Shown here: one piece after another, positions 41,124 to 53,009 of the stretch | Layout: the number at the start of each line of letters is the position of its first letter | Numbering within the stretch: position 1 is the stretch's first letter | Source of the DNA: Vicugna vicugna | Lineage: Eukaryota | Assembly (NCBI GenBank): GCA_013265495.1 | Contig: MU058824.1 | Location: forward strand, 558,001-622,000 | Reading direction: 5' to 3' | DNA: 64,000 nt | Notes under the pieces: model-generated | The model's input: the letters and a program-made list of their open reading frames with translations, nothing else | What the model was told of the DNA's origin: nothing | Database searches by the model: none | Position numbers and translations under genes: made by a program

Positions 41124-43964
41124 CTGCGGGCATCGGGGGATAGGACAAAGCTGGGTCACCGCGGCCTGGACGTATTGGGGTGGGGGTTGTGGGGATCTCT
41201 AGAAATGCAACGTTAATTACAAAGAATTACAAGAATCAGAAAGCAGTGCTTAAGGTGTCCGGAGTCCCTGGCCAAAAAAGCATCACAGAGCCTTGGGGGA
41301 GCCAAGGCTGCGCTCGCCGAGGTGTTGTGGTTCCCCAATCCAGGTTAAAAAACGCACAGCCCGTCGTCGCTCAGAAATTAACCTATCTGCCCCCAACAAT
41401 TGGTTCTGAGCTAGCCAAGTCAGGAAAATCGAAGAATGGATAACACTTGAAGAAAGAGTTCCGCCCGAATTCGGGGTCAGTGTGCACGAGCGGAAAATAT
41501 TTTCCAACTCCACCCGCCCCCACCCCTCAAATACAAATTTTACACGTTGCATAGGAAATGCACAAAGTCCGGAACGAATGCATGAATGCCCCGAGGAATT
41601 AAGAAAGTCTGCGCTTTTCATTCTAAATGCTAATGGAGCTTCGCTTCTATTAGCCGCGAGTTTCGGGGGCCAGGGGTCAAGCAAACAAAAGGGTAGAGTG
41701 GAAACGCTGTGGAAGCAAGGCACAAGGCGGCTGGCGTTTACAGCTGGTGGTGCGAGCAGAGGGAGGCCCCCTGCACCCAGCGGGCGGTATCCCAGAGGGT
41801 GGGCGACTTCGAGGCTCTGAGCCATCCGGCGACCCGGAGAGGGCACATTCCGGAGGGAGCCAAGAGCGACTCCGGGACGAAAGTCTCTGCGCAAAGCCTT
41901 AGCGAAACTTTGTAGTTGAGAGCGCATTTCCGCGGACCTTGGGGAAGGATCCCACTGCCCCAAACTCCGGCCTATAGCGCCCCCTTTGCCCGGACCCACT
42001 CACAGCCTAAGGGGAGGGATTGAAAAGCCGGGAGGGGGCGGGGGAAGTCCCCAAACGACCAAAATCCAAAAAAACCTCAAGGGTGCGCAGGTCGCAGGTG
42101 TCGAGTAAGTTTCGTCTCCCGCCGCCCCTGAGCCCAGAGCTTCCCTGAACGAAGAGGAGATCGGAGCTCCCAGGTGCTGGAAGCCCTCCAAGGCCAGGAA
42201 ATGGGGGATTCCCTTGTCACCCCAGCCCCAGCTGATACTACAGAAAGCTTGAGCTCGCCCTAGCGCAGGCACGGGTCAATATTTCCACGGCTGTAGCTTG
42301 CGCTTCCCGTCCCTCCCGCATCTTCAAAAGGACTCTCCAGCAACCTCCCACTACCTCCTCCAGGTGCCCGCATTCCTTCCCTTCCCCGGGGCCTTTCAAG
42401 CTGAGTCTTTCTTCAAGGATCGGCCTCTGACTCAGGTGGGCGAAGGTAGCATCTCCTCAAGGAAGGGGCTTCCCTCGAGCGCCCAGCGTTTGCGAAGGAG
42501 AGCCACACCACATTTCCTACAGCCAAGCCGAGCGCTCCTCGGCTCTCTCCGCTCCCCCCACCCCGCCCCCCGAAACGGCCGGTTACCTAGGCAAAGCCTC
42601 TGCGCCTGGAAACACGTTGCTCCGCTCCCGCTCGCGGCCGCTGCGGCCGGGAGCACGGAGCCTCAGGGTTGTAAATTAGGAAGAAATAACTACCTCTGTC
42701 AAAGCCCCTTTCTTTCTCGTGGGTAGACGAAAGGAACACCCCCGTGTTCTCCTCCCCGTGGTGAAGTGTGTGGAGGAAACCGTGAAACGCACCATTGTGA
42801 CCGGGGCTCCTCCGCGGAGTTTCCAACCCTGGGGAGCGGGGGCGGAGGTTGGGCGGGGGCAGGAGGAGTGGAGGAGAGACCGACAAAAAGGGAAAGACAG
42901 AGATTCTCAGAAAGACCGAGGGAGAGGAGACAAACCGCCGGGGAGAATTTCTGCGAGCGCACGGTCCTAGAGAAGGAGGTGGATGGGTGCGGGGTGAGGG
43001 AGCGGGTGTGGGAGCCGCTATGGCCTAAGGAGTCCTTGATATTCACATTACGGGCATTTTCTTCAGCTAAGAGAACTCGAATAAACTCAAACTTCATTTA
43101 TTTTTGCCCAGTAGCCGCGTTGGGCAGCTTTTCCTTTCCCCAACTCAGTTCTGTTAGATATTTCTCCGTCATGGGAAAAGAAAATTCAGGATTAGATTCG
43201 CGATGAAATGACTGAACGGCGCCCTGTACCTCTCTCCTGGCACCCTAGGGCTCTGGAATAACAACCCGAGATTTCTGATTACCAAACTCCTTGCAGTTCT
43301 TCCCTCTGGAAGATACATGGGCATAATAAATAAAAGACAATATCCAGAAACGTAATTTGCAATCAAGGGACAAATGCTTTCTCCCTCATGACTGCCCCAA
43401 GCTTCCAACAGGTTCGAGAGGTGCGTTTGGAAGTCAGTCTCCGCAGGCTGCGCTCGGCACAACCGCTCTCCTCTCACCACCAAAAACTTTCATTTCTACG
43501 AAGAGTAAAACACTCAGCAACTTCTCCATAATCACGAATTAAGTCTGTCAGTTGAGTAAAACATGCCTTTAACATACCGATTCAAGGCCCAGAGGAGAGA
43601 GACACGGTCGCCACGCGTGTCGGGGCACAGGGGTCAACAATTATACCCGATTACCTCCGAAGGGAAAAGTGCAAACGGGCAAGTCGGCGACGCCAGCCAG
43701 ACGTGCCCAGTGGAGCCCCAGGCTCATTTCAATACAATAAGCCACATTTCTACAATTACGACCTCTTTCCTGAGATCCTCGGAGCGCCCAGGCAAACTCT
43801 GGCCGCTGCCGTCCAGCCCCTTCCCTCCCAAGCTTCCTCCCAAACAGCTCGGAGTCACCATTAGGTATATTAACTTGGATCCACCGGAGCCCCTATTTTC
43901 AATCCTAGTTAAAAGGCAGGAAAATTACTGCCGTTCATCACCGGAGCTGTAACTCCCTGCCGCT

Positions 43965-43997
<33 letters not shown>
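43965..43997. repeat. (GCC)11 trinucleotide repeat in intron 1
   Basis: Direct count. Confidence 0.97.
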
Positions 43998-44329
43998 TAG
44001 AGCATCATTACCATGACAACTAGAGCCGAAATACCCTGAATTACAGCGCTGGAGCTGCTACTGCACAAATCCCGGTCCTCCTCTTTGTTAGAGGCTTTTC
44101 GCCTCTTCGGGTGGGGGGAGGAGTCCCACGAGCTCCAGGGATCCCCGCGGGCCCGCTACAGGGGAAAAGTTTCAGATCAGAACTCACTGGCCGCTCGCAA
44201 GCAAAGACAGAGAGAGGAGGCGAGGGGGGAAAACCCCATAGTCAAAGTTGTCAATTTCAGAAGCTTCGCTTCCCAGCGCGCCAACTTTTTAGCAAGTCCC
44301 CCAATTAACTGAGCAAATCTCATACGTAC

Positions 44330-44860
44330 TTGAGTGCTGTGGCGGTTCCGTCTTTAGAGCGAGTTTCTAGAAAGCTGCCCCGAAATCTGCACTGGTGGGG
44401 AGTCACAGTTGCTGTCCCGGAAGGGCTGCCGTGTATAAGTCCAGCGGCTCCCAGAGGCAGTAAGAGGCTGGCAGGGGATGCTGCGATCCCGACTCATGGG
44501 AGAGCGCCGCCGAAGGGTTCCGCGGGCGTCCTGGCTCCGGCCGCGACCAGAGGGGAGGATGCCGCCTCTGTTCCCACCTCCACGAACACCACCGGCGCTG
44601 TCAGCGTTGCAGAGTGAGCCCAAGAGGGGCGTTCGGCAGCCGCGCTGCGCTGCACCGGCGAGGGCGCAGGACTAGAGGGGTGGGAGCGCGCGGGAGAGAG
44701 TGGAGTGTATGTGCGGAGCGTGTGTGCGCGCGTGTGTCTGTGTGTGCGAGTGAAGGAGCGGGTGTGAGCTTGTCTGTGTATGGGGAGCGGAGGAGGAGCA
44801 GGAGCTGGAGGGGTGGGGGGCGGGAGGCAGGAGACTCCGGTCTCCCGGCTGCGCGTTCGC
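44330..44860 (-). other. NR4A3: NR4A3 exon 1 (5'UTR); TSS approximate
   Basis: Lies just downstream of the CRE/TATA-like elements. Ends CAGCACTCAA|gtacgt, matching the recalled mRNA junction CTCAA-AGTCC. Confidence 0.82.
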
Positions 44861-44871
44861 TCGCTCTCTCG

Positions 44872-44963
44872 GCACGTCATTTATGCCACAGGAGCCCTAG
44901 CGGCCTCTCCATAGAGTGCCTGGAATGCGAGACGTCAATGTGACGCCATGGGACGCTACGTCA
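44872..44963 (-). promoter_or_regulatory. NR4A3 core promoter: CRE-like cluster and TATA-like element
   Basis: Sense-strand TGACGTAG (44956-63), TGGCGTCA (44941-48), TGACGTCT (44930-37), CATAAAT (44879-85), TGACGTGC (44872-79). NR4A3 is an established CREB-induced immediate-early gene. Confidence 0.9.
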
Positions 44964-46379
44964 CCCTCCTCCTCCCTCCCCTGGCCCAGCGGGTTCCGCG
45001 TGTGCGAGGGAGGGGGGTGTGTGCATGTGTGCGCGCGCGCGCGCGCACACGCGTTCCCCGACCATTCGCGGGGCAGCACAATGGAAACTGCGCGGCGCGG
45101 CCAGTCCCCGCCTGGGGGCCTTTCGGACCCGCGCTGCCAACCCTCCTTGCGACGGCGCTGCCTGCCCGGGCGCAAGTCTGTAAGGGTGCAGCGGCCCGCC
45201 CGCGGGTCAGGCGGGACCGCCCAGCTGTCAGGCTCGGGTGGAGTAGAGTTGGAGGAGTGCTGCTGGCGCTCCTCCGAGGCTGCCCCGAGGCAGGAAGCCA
45301 GGGCGAGGGGGTAAGAGAGAGGACAGCTCTTCCGAAAAGGAAGGCTCCGCCAGCCAGCTTCTCCGAGTGACCTGGCAGCCGGTGCTGGAGTCAGGCACCA
45401 GTCCGAAGACTCTCTGAGGCGCAGCTGCGCTTTCCCCAAGCAATAGTTCTAAAGCTGTTTACGTCTCTCTGGCCCTCTGCGCCTAGGCTAATCCCTCTCC
45501 TCCCGTCATTTGCTGGGTGCATGTTTCACACATGGATGCCAATGGCTCCGGGAAGATAAGGTTTTATTTCTTTGAGGTGTGGGTTTCCTAACTGGACCTT
45601 ATAACCCAAGTAAGTGCACATCCATCATCCACGCGCGCGCTGCAGCAGTAACTACTTAGAGTGTGTTAAACAAACACACACGTGTTGAACAGCTGAGCGG
45701 GTCTGACTGTTGCAAATCATCCCCTTCCCGTCAGAAGTGGAACTCTCAGCTCGCACTTTCACTTTTTGGTGGTGGTAGATGAGGCTCCCCTCCCATCTCC
45801 CAAATTAAACATTTCGAAATCAATCAACAGGATTTATTAGTCAGTACCTCCCTAGGGGATTTGCTCTAGTCTCCTGGGACACATTTGTCATGAAATGGTG
45901 TGCTGAAAGCCTAGGTAGTTCTGTTAGAGAGAGCAATTTCTTCCTCCAAGTGATGAATTTAAATGTGATTTTCTTGCTTAATCAAAATTTTATCAGAGTT
46001 AAATTCTCCTAGTTCCAAAGGTTGCAGCTGAGTGAAAGCAACCTCTTTTTAGAAATTAATTTTTGAGGAGGAGAAAATATTTGAAACAATACAGACAGAC
46101 GTGGTCCCCATGTGGTCCGCTTGAATCAAATGCGACAATGTCTTGACCTGTCACAGTCTTTGCATGTGTGTAGGGGGCGGAGTGAGGGGAGTACTCCGTT
46201 GTCGACAGCACACAATTCAGAATCGAAGGTTCGAGTTAGGACCAGAAATTTGAAAACAAAACTAAAATTATATGTATTCTATGGGTAAATTTCTTCGCCG
46301 CCACTTCCACTTGAGACAGGGTGGTGTGCATAAGACCGTGGAAGGGTGCTCCGAAAGTTGACCTAGCGGACAGGAACCG

Positions 46380-47170
46380 AGCCTGTGCACTGCCACGGGT
46401 TCCAATCCAGTCTCAGAAGGAAGGAGGGCGCTGCTACACTGCAGCCATTGAACGGCTAGGGGGGGTGGGGGTAGCAGGACCTGGAGCCGCGCGGCGCTGA
46501 CGCACGCGAGGCGCGTGATTGACGCAGGCGATGTTACTAAATTCGGCGGTTGGCCGGGCCCGCCGCCGGCGCGCGCCGCAGATAGCGGAGTAGGTTCCCC
46601 TCGGTCACCCCCGCCCCTTCTCCACTCAGTGCTGCGCCGGGCGGGGCGGGGCGGGGCCGGGTGCGCGCGATTTAGCCGGGCCTCGGGCGCGAGCGCGCCG
46701 CGTGAGGGGGCGCCCTGACCCCGCCGGGCGTGCGGAGGGGGCGGGGGCGGAGTCGCCATCTTGGACCCGGCTCGACCCCGTCTGGTGACCGGCGGCGCTG
46801 GGCTGGGCTCGGCGCTGGGGGTCGGGGTGAGTGGGTGTGAGCTGTGGGAAAGAGCGGGGAGCGGGGGATGTGACGGGGGCAGAGGGCGAGGCGCGGACGT
46901 AGGGTCCTCCATGAAGGGTGGCTCGGGGGAGGGCCCCGGGGCGCGCGGCCCACGGGGCGTGCGCGTGTGTCGGACGGTGATCCCCGCCCGGCTGCAGGCC
47001 CGGACAGCCTGCCACCCTGCGGCCCCGCCAGCCCCGAGTCGCGTGGGGGTGGAGCCGCCCTCGGCCACCACTTCCTGAGAGCCGGGGATACCCCTCCCGG
47101 ACGTCACGGAGGAGCCGAGGCGGCGGTGGCGGCCCGGGGCTCATCCTGCACTTGCATCACGGGTGCAGCA
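46380..47170. promoter_or_regulatory. Second CpG island with promoter motifs
   Basis: Very CpG-dense; GC boxes (46640-57, 46744-53), YY1 CGCCATCTT (46754-62), TGACG half-CREs (~46498, ~46519), ETS CACTTCCTG (~47069), GGACGTCA (~47099). Confidence 0.8.
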
Positions 47171-49537
47171 GCAGCTGCTCTGCTCCTTTGTGGCTTTTTC
47201 CCGTGTTGAGTAACTGCTTTGTTAACTGAAAATACCATGACGGGCCAGTGTGATCACCAGCTCCAGACCTCAAAGAAAGTGAAGCTGTCAGGCAAGAAGA
47301 GGGAGACTCCCCTAGCCGGCTGCGATGGTATCTGTTGGGTGGGTGTGCAGAGAAGCACTTGACAGTTTCCACGTATTACTTCTTGCCTAACTTTTCACCC
47401 CAAGAAGGTTTAAAAATACTTTTATTTCCATGCTGTAAAAATTTCATGTATTCTGCACCCCACCCATTCCCCCCATCAATTTGAAATCGCATGCAGAACT
47501 GGAATCACTGAAAGGAACAGTTATTAGGTACAGTTTTTAGGAAACAGGACATCTTTCAATGAATTTGTTAAGTAAATTGCATTTGCTAATGTTAATATAT
47601 AAAAGATCCTTGCCCACTGAAGTTACTTATAAAGCTACTAGCTAAGTTTGTTCATATGCGTTGGACTTCTCGGTGACGGTTTCAAACTGGTATCCTTATT
47701 CACCTTAATTAAAAAAAAAAGTTCCATCCCTGGCTGAATATCTCCAGGTAAAGCATATCTCTCTTTGACTCTCTAAGTGGTTGTGCCTTTCTGGACGTCT
47801 GTGTTGGTTAATTATGTGCTTCTCTCGTCCCTTTTCCCCCACCCTCTGCCTCTTTTAGATCCTTTCCTTCCTGAGTATCTGGTCCCAATCTTTGTTCCTT
47901 GACCGCTCTTAGGCAGAGGGCTGTTGTCTGATTGCGATGAGCCAATCAGCTGGCTTAGTGCTCCTCTGGGTAGGAAGCTGGTCTGACTGTTGGAGAGGTT
48001 CCAGAGGACACTGATAATTGGCAACATTTTTGCACTCAAATGGAAAGTTATGGAAGCAGATACAAGGATCTCTTACACACTGGGACACCATCCTGTGCGT
48101 AATCCTAGGGTCCTAATCATATGCAGTTCTTTAGGTGACCTCAAACCGAATGAATTATTTTGTTCTCTTCTTCAAATTAGTATCTGCTATTCTATACTGT
48201 TTGAAAAGTCTGAGTTACAAACAATCAGGCATAATTTTCTCTTTAGGCTGATGTAATACGACGATTTCAGTAATACAAATTACCTTTTCAAAGACTTTTT
48301 TAATTAAATGAAACTTAATACTTTATAATTAAATCTCTTCTTTGGGGGAATCAAATAGAATAAGGCTACCTTAATCTGTGAAATGTTGAAAACTTAATCT
48401 GGTTTGGTTCTTGTTCTAGAAGAGGGACATTCATGTGTGGCCTAGTTTACACCCAAAGCAAAGAAAGCAGCTAGTTTCTATTTTCATGATACTTATAGCA
48501 GCCAATCTGTTAAAAGCCCTTTCTATGAAGTAACTATTACAGATTCACTGGATAATTACCTTTTATTTTGTTTTGGTTTTGTAGGTGTAGTTTGCGAGAC
48601 AGAAAATTCTCATTCTCTCAGAAAATAAAATATGGAATTTTGGGGAAGTTTATTGTGTATGATATAAAACAATTGCTTTAACAAAATAGGATTTAAAACT
48701 GCTTTAAATGCTTCTCTCATTAAGAAATGATATAGAAATCTTGTTGATTTTGCTAATATGTAAAGAATGGTGATGAGTCTTATTGCACAAATTGGGTGAG
48801 GAAAGGTGAAATCAGAATTCCAAGCCAGAAATTGTTACCTAAGGTGAAAACAGGAAGGAATAGTAAAAGACTTAAAAGTTTGTTTTCCTAAATCAGTAGA
48901 GAAGTTCTCTACTGCATTTAAGATGTGTGTAAAAAGTTTGGTAGCTTAGGCTGACATTGACTTACACACTTAAATTACTGGGCTCAGGAACATTAGGCAA
49001 TTGTAGTAGTTTTTTGTCTGACCTACCTGCATACCATCCCTTCCTTATCGATTCTATCATTGCCAGATTAGTATTCCTAAAATACGCCTTTTGTTATATC
49101 ACTCTTAGGCTCAGAAGCCTTGTGCAGCTAGTCATTGTCTCTAAAATAAAACCCCAAAGGGTCCACCTCCTGACCTCCTTATTTCTGCAGAATTTTTCTG
49201 TCCTAGTCAAACTGGTATTCTCACTGTTCTTCGAACATCCTTTCACTCTCCCACATTTGTTCATAGTTTTCCTTTTTATGGTGTTCCTTTCTTCCCCTTC
49301 TCTGCTTATTGAACTCTTACCCTTCCTCTAAAACTAGCTCAAGAAATGAACTCAGATTATGCTTTAGTCTTTCATAAAATTCTTATTTTACTGTCTTCTT
49401 TTTCTGCTCTTGTGTCCACAGCTTATTCCTCTGTCAAACTATTAAGCTTCAAAAGCACTGCCTCACACATCTTTGAAATTTCTGTAGCCCCTAAATTTAA
49501 CATAGATAGTAAACATCCATACAATATTCCCCATCTT

Positions 49538-49640
49538 AATTTTTTAAAAAATTGAAATATAGTCAGTTTACAATGTTCTATCAGTTTCTAGTGTACAGCA
49601 TGATGTTTCAGTCATATGCATACATACATGTATTCCTTCC
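49538..49640 (-). mobile_element. Short L1 3'-end fragment
   Basis: attgaaatatagtcagtttacaatgtt...tttctagtgtacagcat. Confidence 0.65.
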
Positions 49641-52600
49641 TGTCTAAATTTAAATCTGAACAGAGAGCAGCGTAAGTAACCAGTTATGTGGATTAGGATG
49701 TTCTTGGGATGAAGGGACGAAATGAGATCATACATTAGTTAATTTCTTTATTATTACTCAACTTTTGACACTCCTGATTGAATATACCTTGTCAGGGTGC
49801 TCACTGCAAGCCCAGACAACCTCATGGTGAAACAAAGAGATTGCAGCTTGGTTTGTACCTGTTAAATCTGTGTAGGAAGATGTGCTATGATTTTTTTTTT
49901 CCTGAATAGTCTTTTGGTTTGATTCTTATTCTGCAATCATTTCCCCTCTACTTGTACTTTCTCTCATACTGCCTCCTCTCAATGCAGAATGGGATGTTGT
50001 AGGTTAGGAAATGTTAATATCACCTTCGTTTGGGAAAACTTCTCAAGGTTTAGAAAATTGAGAGAACCATGGCACCTATGTATAACCAATTAAATATAAA
50101 AATTCTTGAATGTCTTATTTTTTCCAAATATATTTCAGTAGATTTTTATGACATTGTGTATATGCAGAAGTAAATAGGCAAAGAGATTTAGGAATTATGA
50201 CTTGTTGGAAGTTTTAGAAAGAGGCTTATGTGAATTAGAATATTAGTCTTTAACAAGCAGAAAGTAAATAATAGATCAATAGATGTTATAGAAAATTTTA
50301 GAGAAGAGATGGAAATATTACCAAATAGTATAAGTGCTCATGTTATTTTTAAATCTCATTAAATAATGTTTTTCTATTCATTAGTAAATAAGTCTTATAA
50401 TCTAGTTGAAAAGATTTGCTTAATTTCCAAAAAAAAAAGATAGTTTATTTTTCAGTCATATTTTCCCCAGTTGCTGGTAAGTTCTGGAAAACCACAAAGA
50501 TTTGGGGGAGAAAAGTTATTACTCATATGTGATAAATGCTTTCAGGATATTATTTATGCCTATGAAGTAAGATTTGGATTTTAGCTAGAGTTGATGGATG
50601 AAGTAAATTTCTCTTTTCACGTAAAACTACATGACCCTTTCCCATTACCCAACTCTGGCGAAGAAAAGAAGAATGATATCCTCATATGTACAAGTTCAGT
50701 TCCCTCAGCATATTCTCCAAGGTGAGGATGCTGTATTTTACAGAGAGCACTAGATTGCTTCTCAGAGGCCTGGGTCTAACTTTGCTGCCATGAAGTTGCC
50801 CAACCTTGGAAAAGTTAATTAATCTTCTGGGGGAGTTAAATATCATCATCTATAAAATGATAGTGTTGGGCTCACTATGTGATCTTCAAGGGTCTTTCTG
50901 GTTCTAAAATTGAATGCTTTCTAAGGCTGGTTAAATACTGTGAATCACGAGTCAGCTCTGGCCTGGTCTCCTGTCACTACCTGATTGCTGTAGTCAGGAG
51001 GCTCAGCAACCCTTTTGTTTACTGTAACACTCATGCTGATAGTAGTTAGATTAGTAGTGCTATTGTATTAAAGTTTTTTGCTTGCACATTACATAACTGT
51101 AGCCACTGAGTGGGATCTTGGTGGCCTGAGAGAGTTAATGTACTGCCAGCATCATAGTCTAGTCTTGCCCATAAAGTGCGAACAAGCAGAGACCTAGATA
51201 GTCCAAAAGTCATTGTATATTTAGCTTTGGGATTTGTTTTTGTTCATTCATTTGAATATGGATGAGTCACAAACTGACTACACAATAATTAATAAATTTT
51301 CATTGGAATGGATATTGTTTGCTCCTGTTCTTTTCTGATTTTTACTGCATGCTAGACATAAACATCATTTCTTCTTAAATGTACCAACTGAAGCAGAACT
51401 GTCCTTTTTCGCTTTTTCCTAGAGAAGGACTGGTGATGGTGGGCTTGTAAGTCTTTATATCTCCTTTTACAGTGTAAATAGACAGAGAAAGTGAAATATT
51501 GAGAAGCAGAGTAGAAGGAAAGTATCAAGTAGGTATTAAGTAAGTAGAAATAATGTTAGCAATAATACAATAAATTCTGTCTGCAAACTTGTTAGATTTG
51601 CAGTTAGATACATCTTTATGGATGAATAAGAGCTAACTCTATAGGCATTGGGAAATACGTGAATTTTTACACATTGCAGGTTTATGTTTTATCTGGACTG
51701 GGTTTGGATAGTAAAAACATGGCTTGTCCATTAATTTAGGGCTACTTTAAAAATGCCTGTTCTGCATATTTAGGTATCTGGTTTCCTGCTTAGATCATGT
51801 AATTAGTAACTGATTCTTATTTTTTACCATAATACATTTTCCAGTATTTATTTCTCATGTTTATAGTTCACTACTAGAAAAATTCTTCCCTGACATCTGT
51901 TCTGAATTAGCTCCCTTTTCCAGTTATGGTTTCCTGTTTTATCAATTGTAGTGATGAGTCTAGAAACTCATATTTTAAAGATTTATGCTACTTAAGTTGA
52001 GTAAAGTTGAAATAAGCTACCTAATTCTTTCTAATTTCTGAAAATTATTGTCTTACTTTAAATTCACATGTTAAATCATTATTTTCATTTTACTAACTCA
52101 CTATTTCTAATTTCTGAAAATGGTTGTCCTTTTAAAATTCATATGTTAAGTCAGTAGTGTCACTTTTTAAAAACAGTAGGATAATCTGGATACAATTTGA
52201 AATCTAATTTCATAGTATTTTATAGTTGTCAGTTAACTTTTTAGTGACTTTTGTATTTAAAACTTTTTTTTGTGAGAAGCTTTTGTTTATCTCAAAATCT
52301 TTTAAAATACCTTTTTGTTTAAATTATCTTGGACATATATATTTTGGGGGGTGGATTTATTGAGCACGTGTGCAGTTCTTGGCACCAAGTAGGTGCTCTG
52401 TAAACGTTTGTTGAATGAATGAAAGTTTTCAAGAAACTTTATTCAAAATACTCTTTTTTTTTTTTTAAATCCTGACCAGCCTCATGGCCTTGCTAGCTTT
52501 TCTTGGAGTTTCACTCGGGGCTAGGCATAGGAGAGCAGCCGGGCAGGTCTGTCGTATATCACTGTGCTGCTGCTTCTGCACCTCCCTGCCCTCTGTTGCA

Positions 52601-53009
52601 GCTCGTCTGCATATTTGAGGGCAGTACCCCTGAGTCACACTACTCTGTGACATCTGTGTTTGAACTAAGCCAATTCAAGCATCCTAAGGAATTGTACCAC
52701 CTTTTGATCCCAAAACCCCTCAAGAGTTAATCTCTGGTTTATCTCTTTGTTTTGATGTATCCCTTTTGCTATGATACTTCCACAAGATGGTGTTCTTCTT
52801 TTCCTGACTGTCTCTGCCTGGGGTTTGTATAACCAACCTGTTCATTTCTGAGTTCTTCATTTGTAGTCATCAGATTTCTTATTGTAGCCCTCACTTTGCT
52901 TTGCAGTTCAAGGCCTCCAAGTGCATAGTCACTTGTCTACTGTCTATCATAGACTGAGGGGCCCAAATGTAGAGTAATATCTAGGTACTCAAATTATATT
53001 TTCTAAACA

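Larger units (their letters stand above)
5800..44860 (-). other. NR4A3: NR4A3 (NOR-1) gene span; ends approximate
   Basis: Six coding exons splice in frame to 634 aa ([10 protein letters not shown]...[12 protein letters not shown]). 5' end inferred from the CRE/TATA-like promoter, 3' end from the ATTAAA pair at 5820-5830. Confidence 0.97.
40800..45480. promoter_or_regulatory. CpG-rich region/island over promoter, exon 1, intron 1 and exon 2
   Basis: High GC and abundant CpG against a CpG-depleted background. Confidence 0.85.

Noticed and set aside
41283..45443. Numerous 70-240 aa ORFs in intron 1 and the promoter
   Set aside because: GC-content artefacts, except the exon-2 frame and the uORF reported as findings.
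46268..47144. 279-aa and 172-aa Pro/Arg/Gly-rich ORFs
   Set aside because: Typical stop-poor CpG-island frames; no domain evidence.
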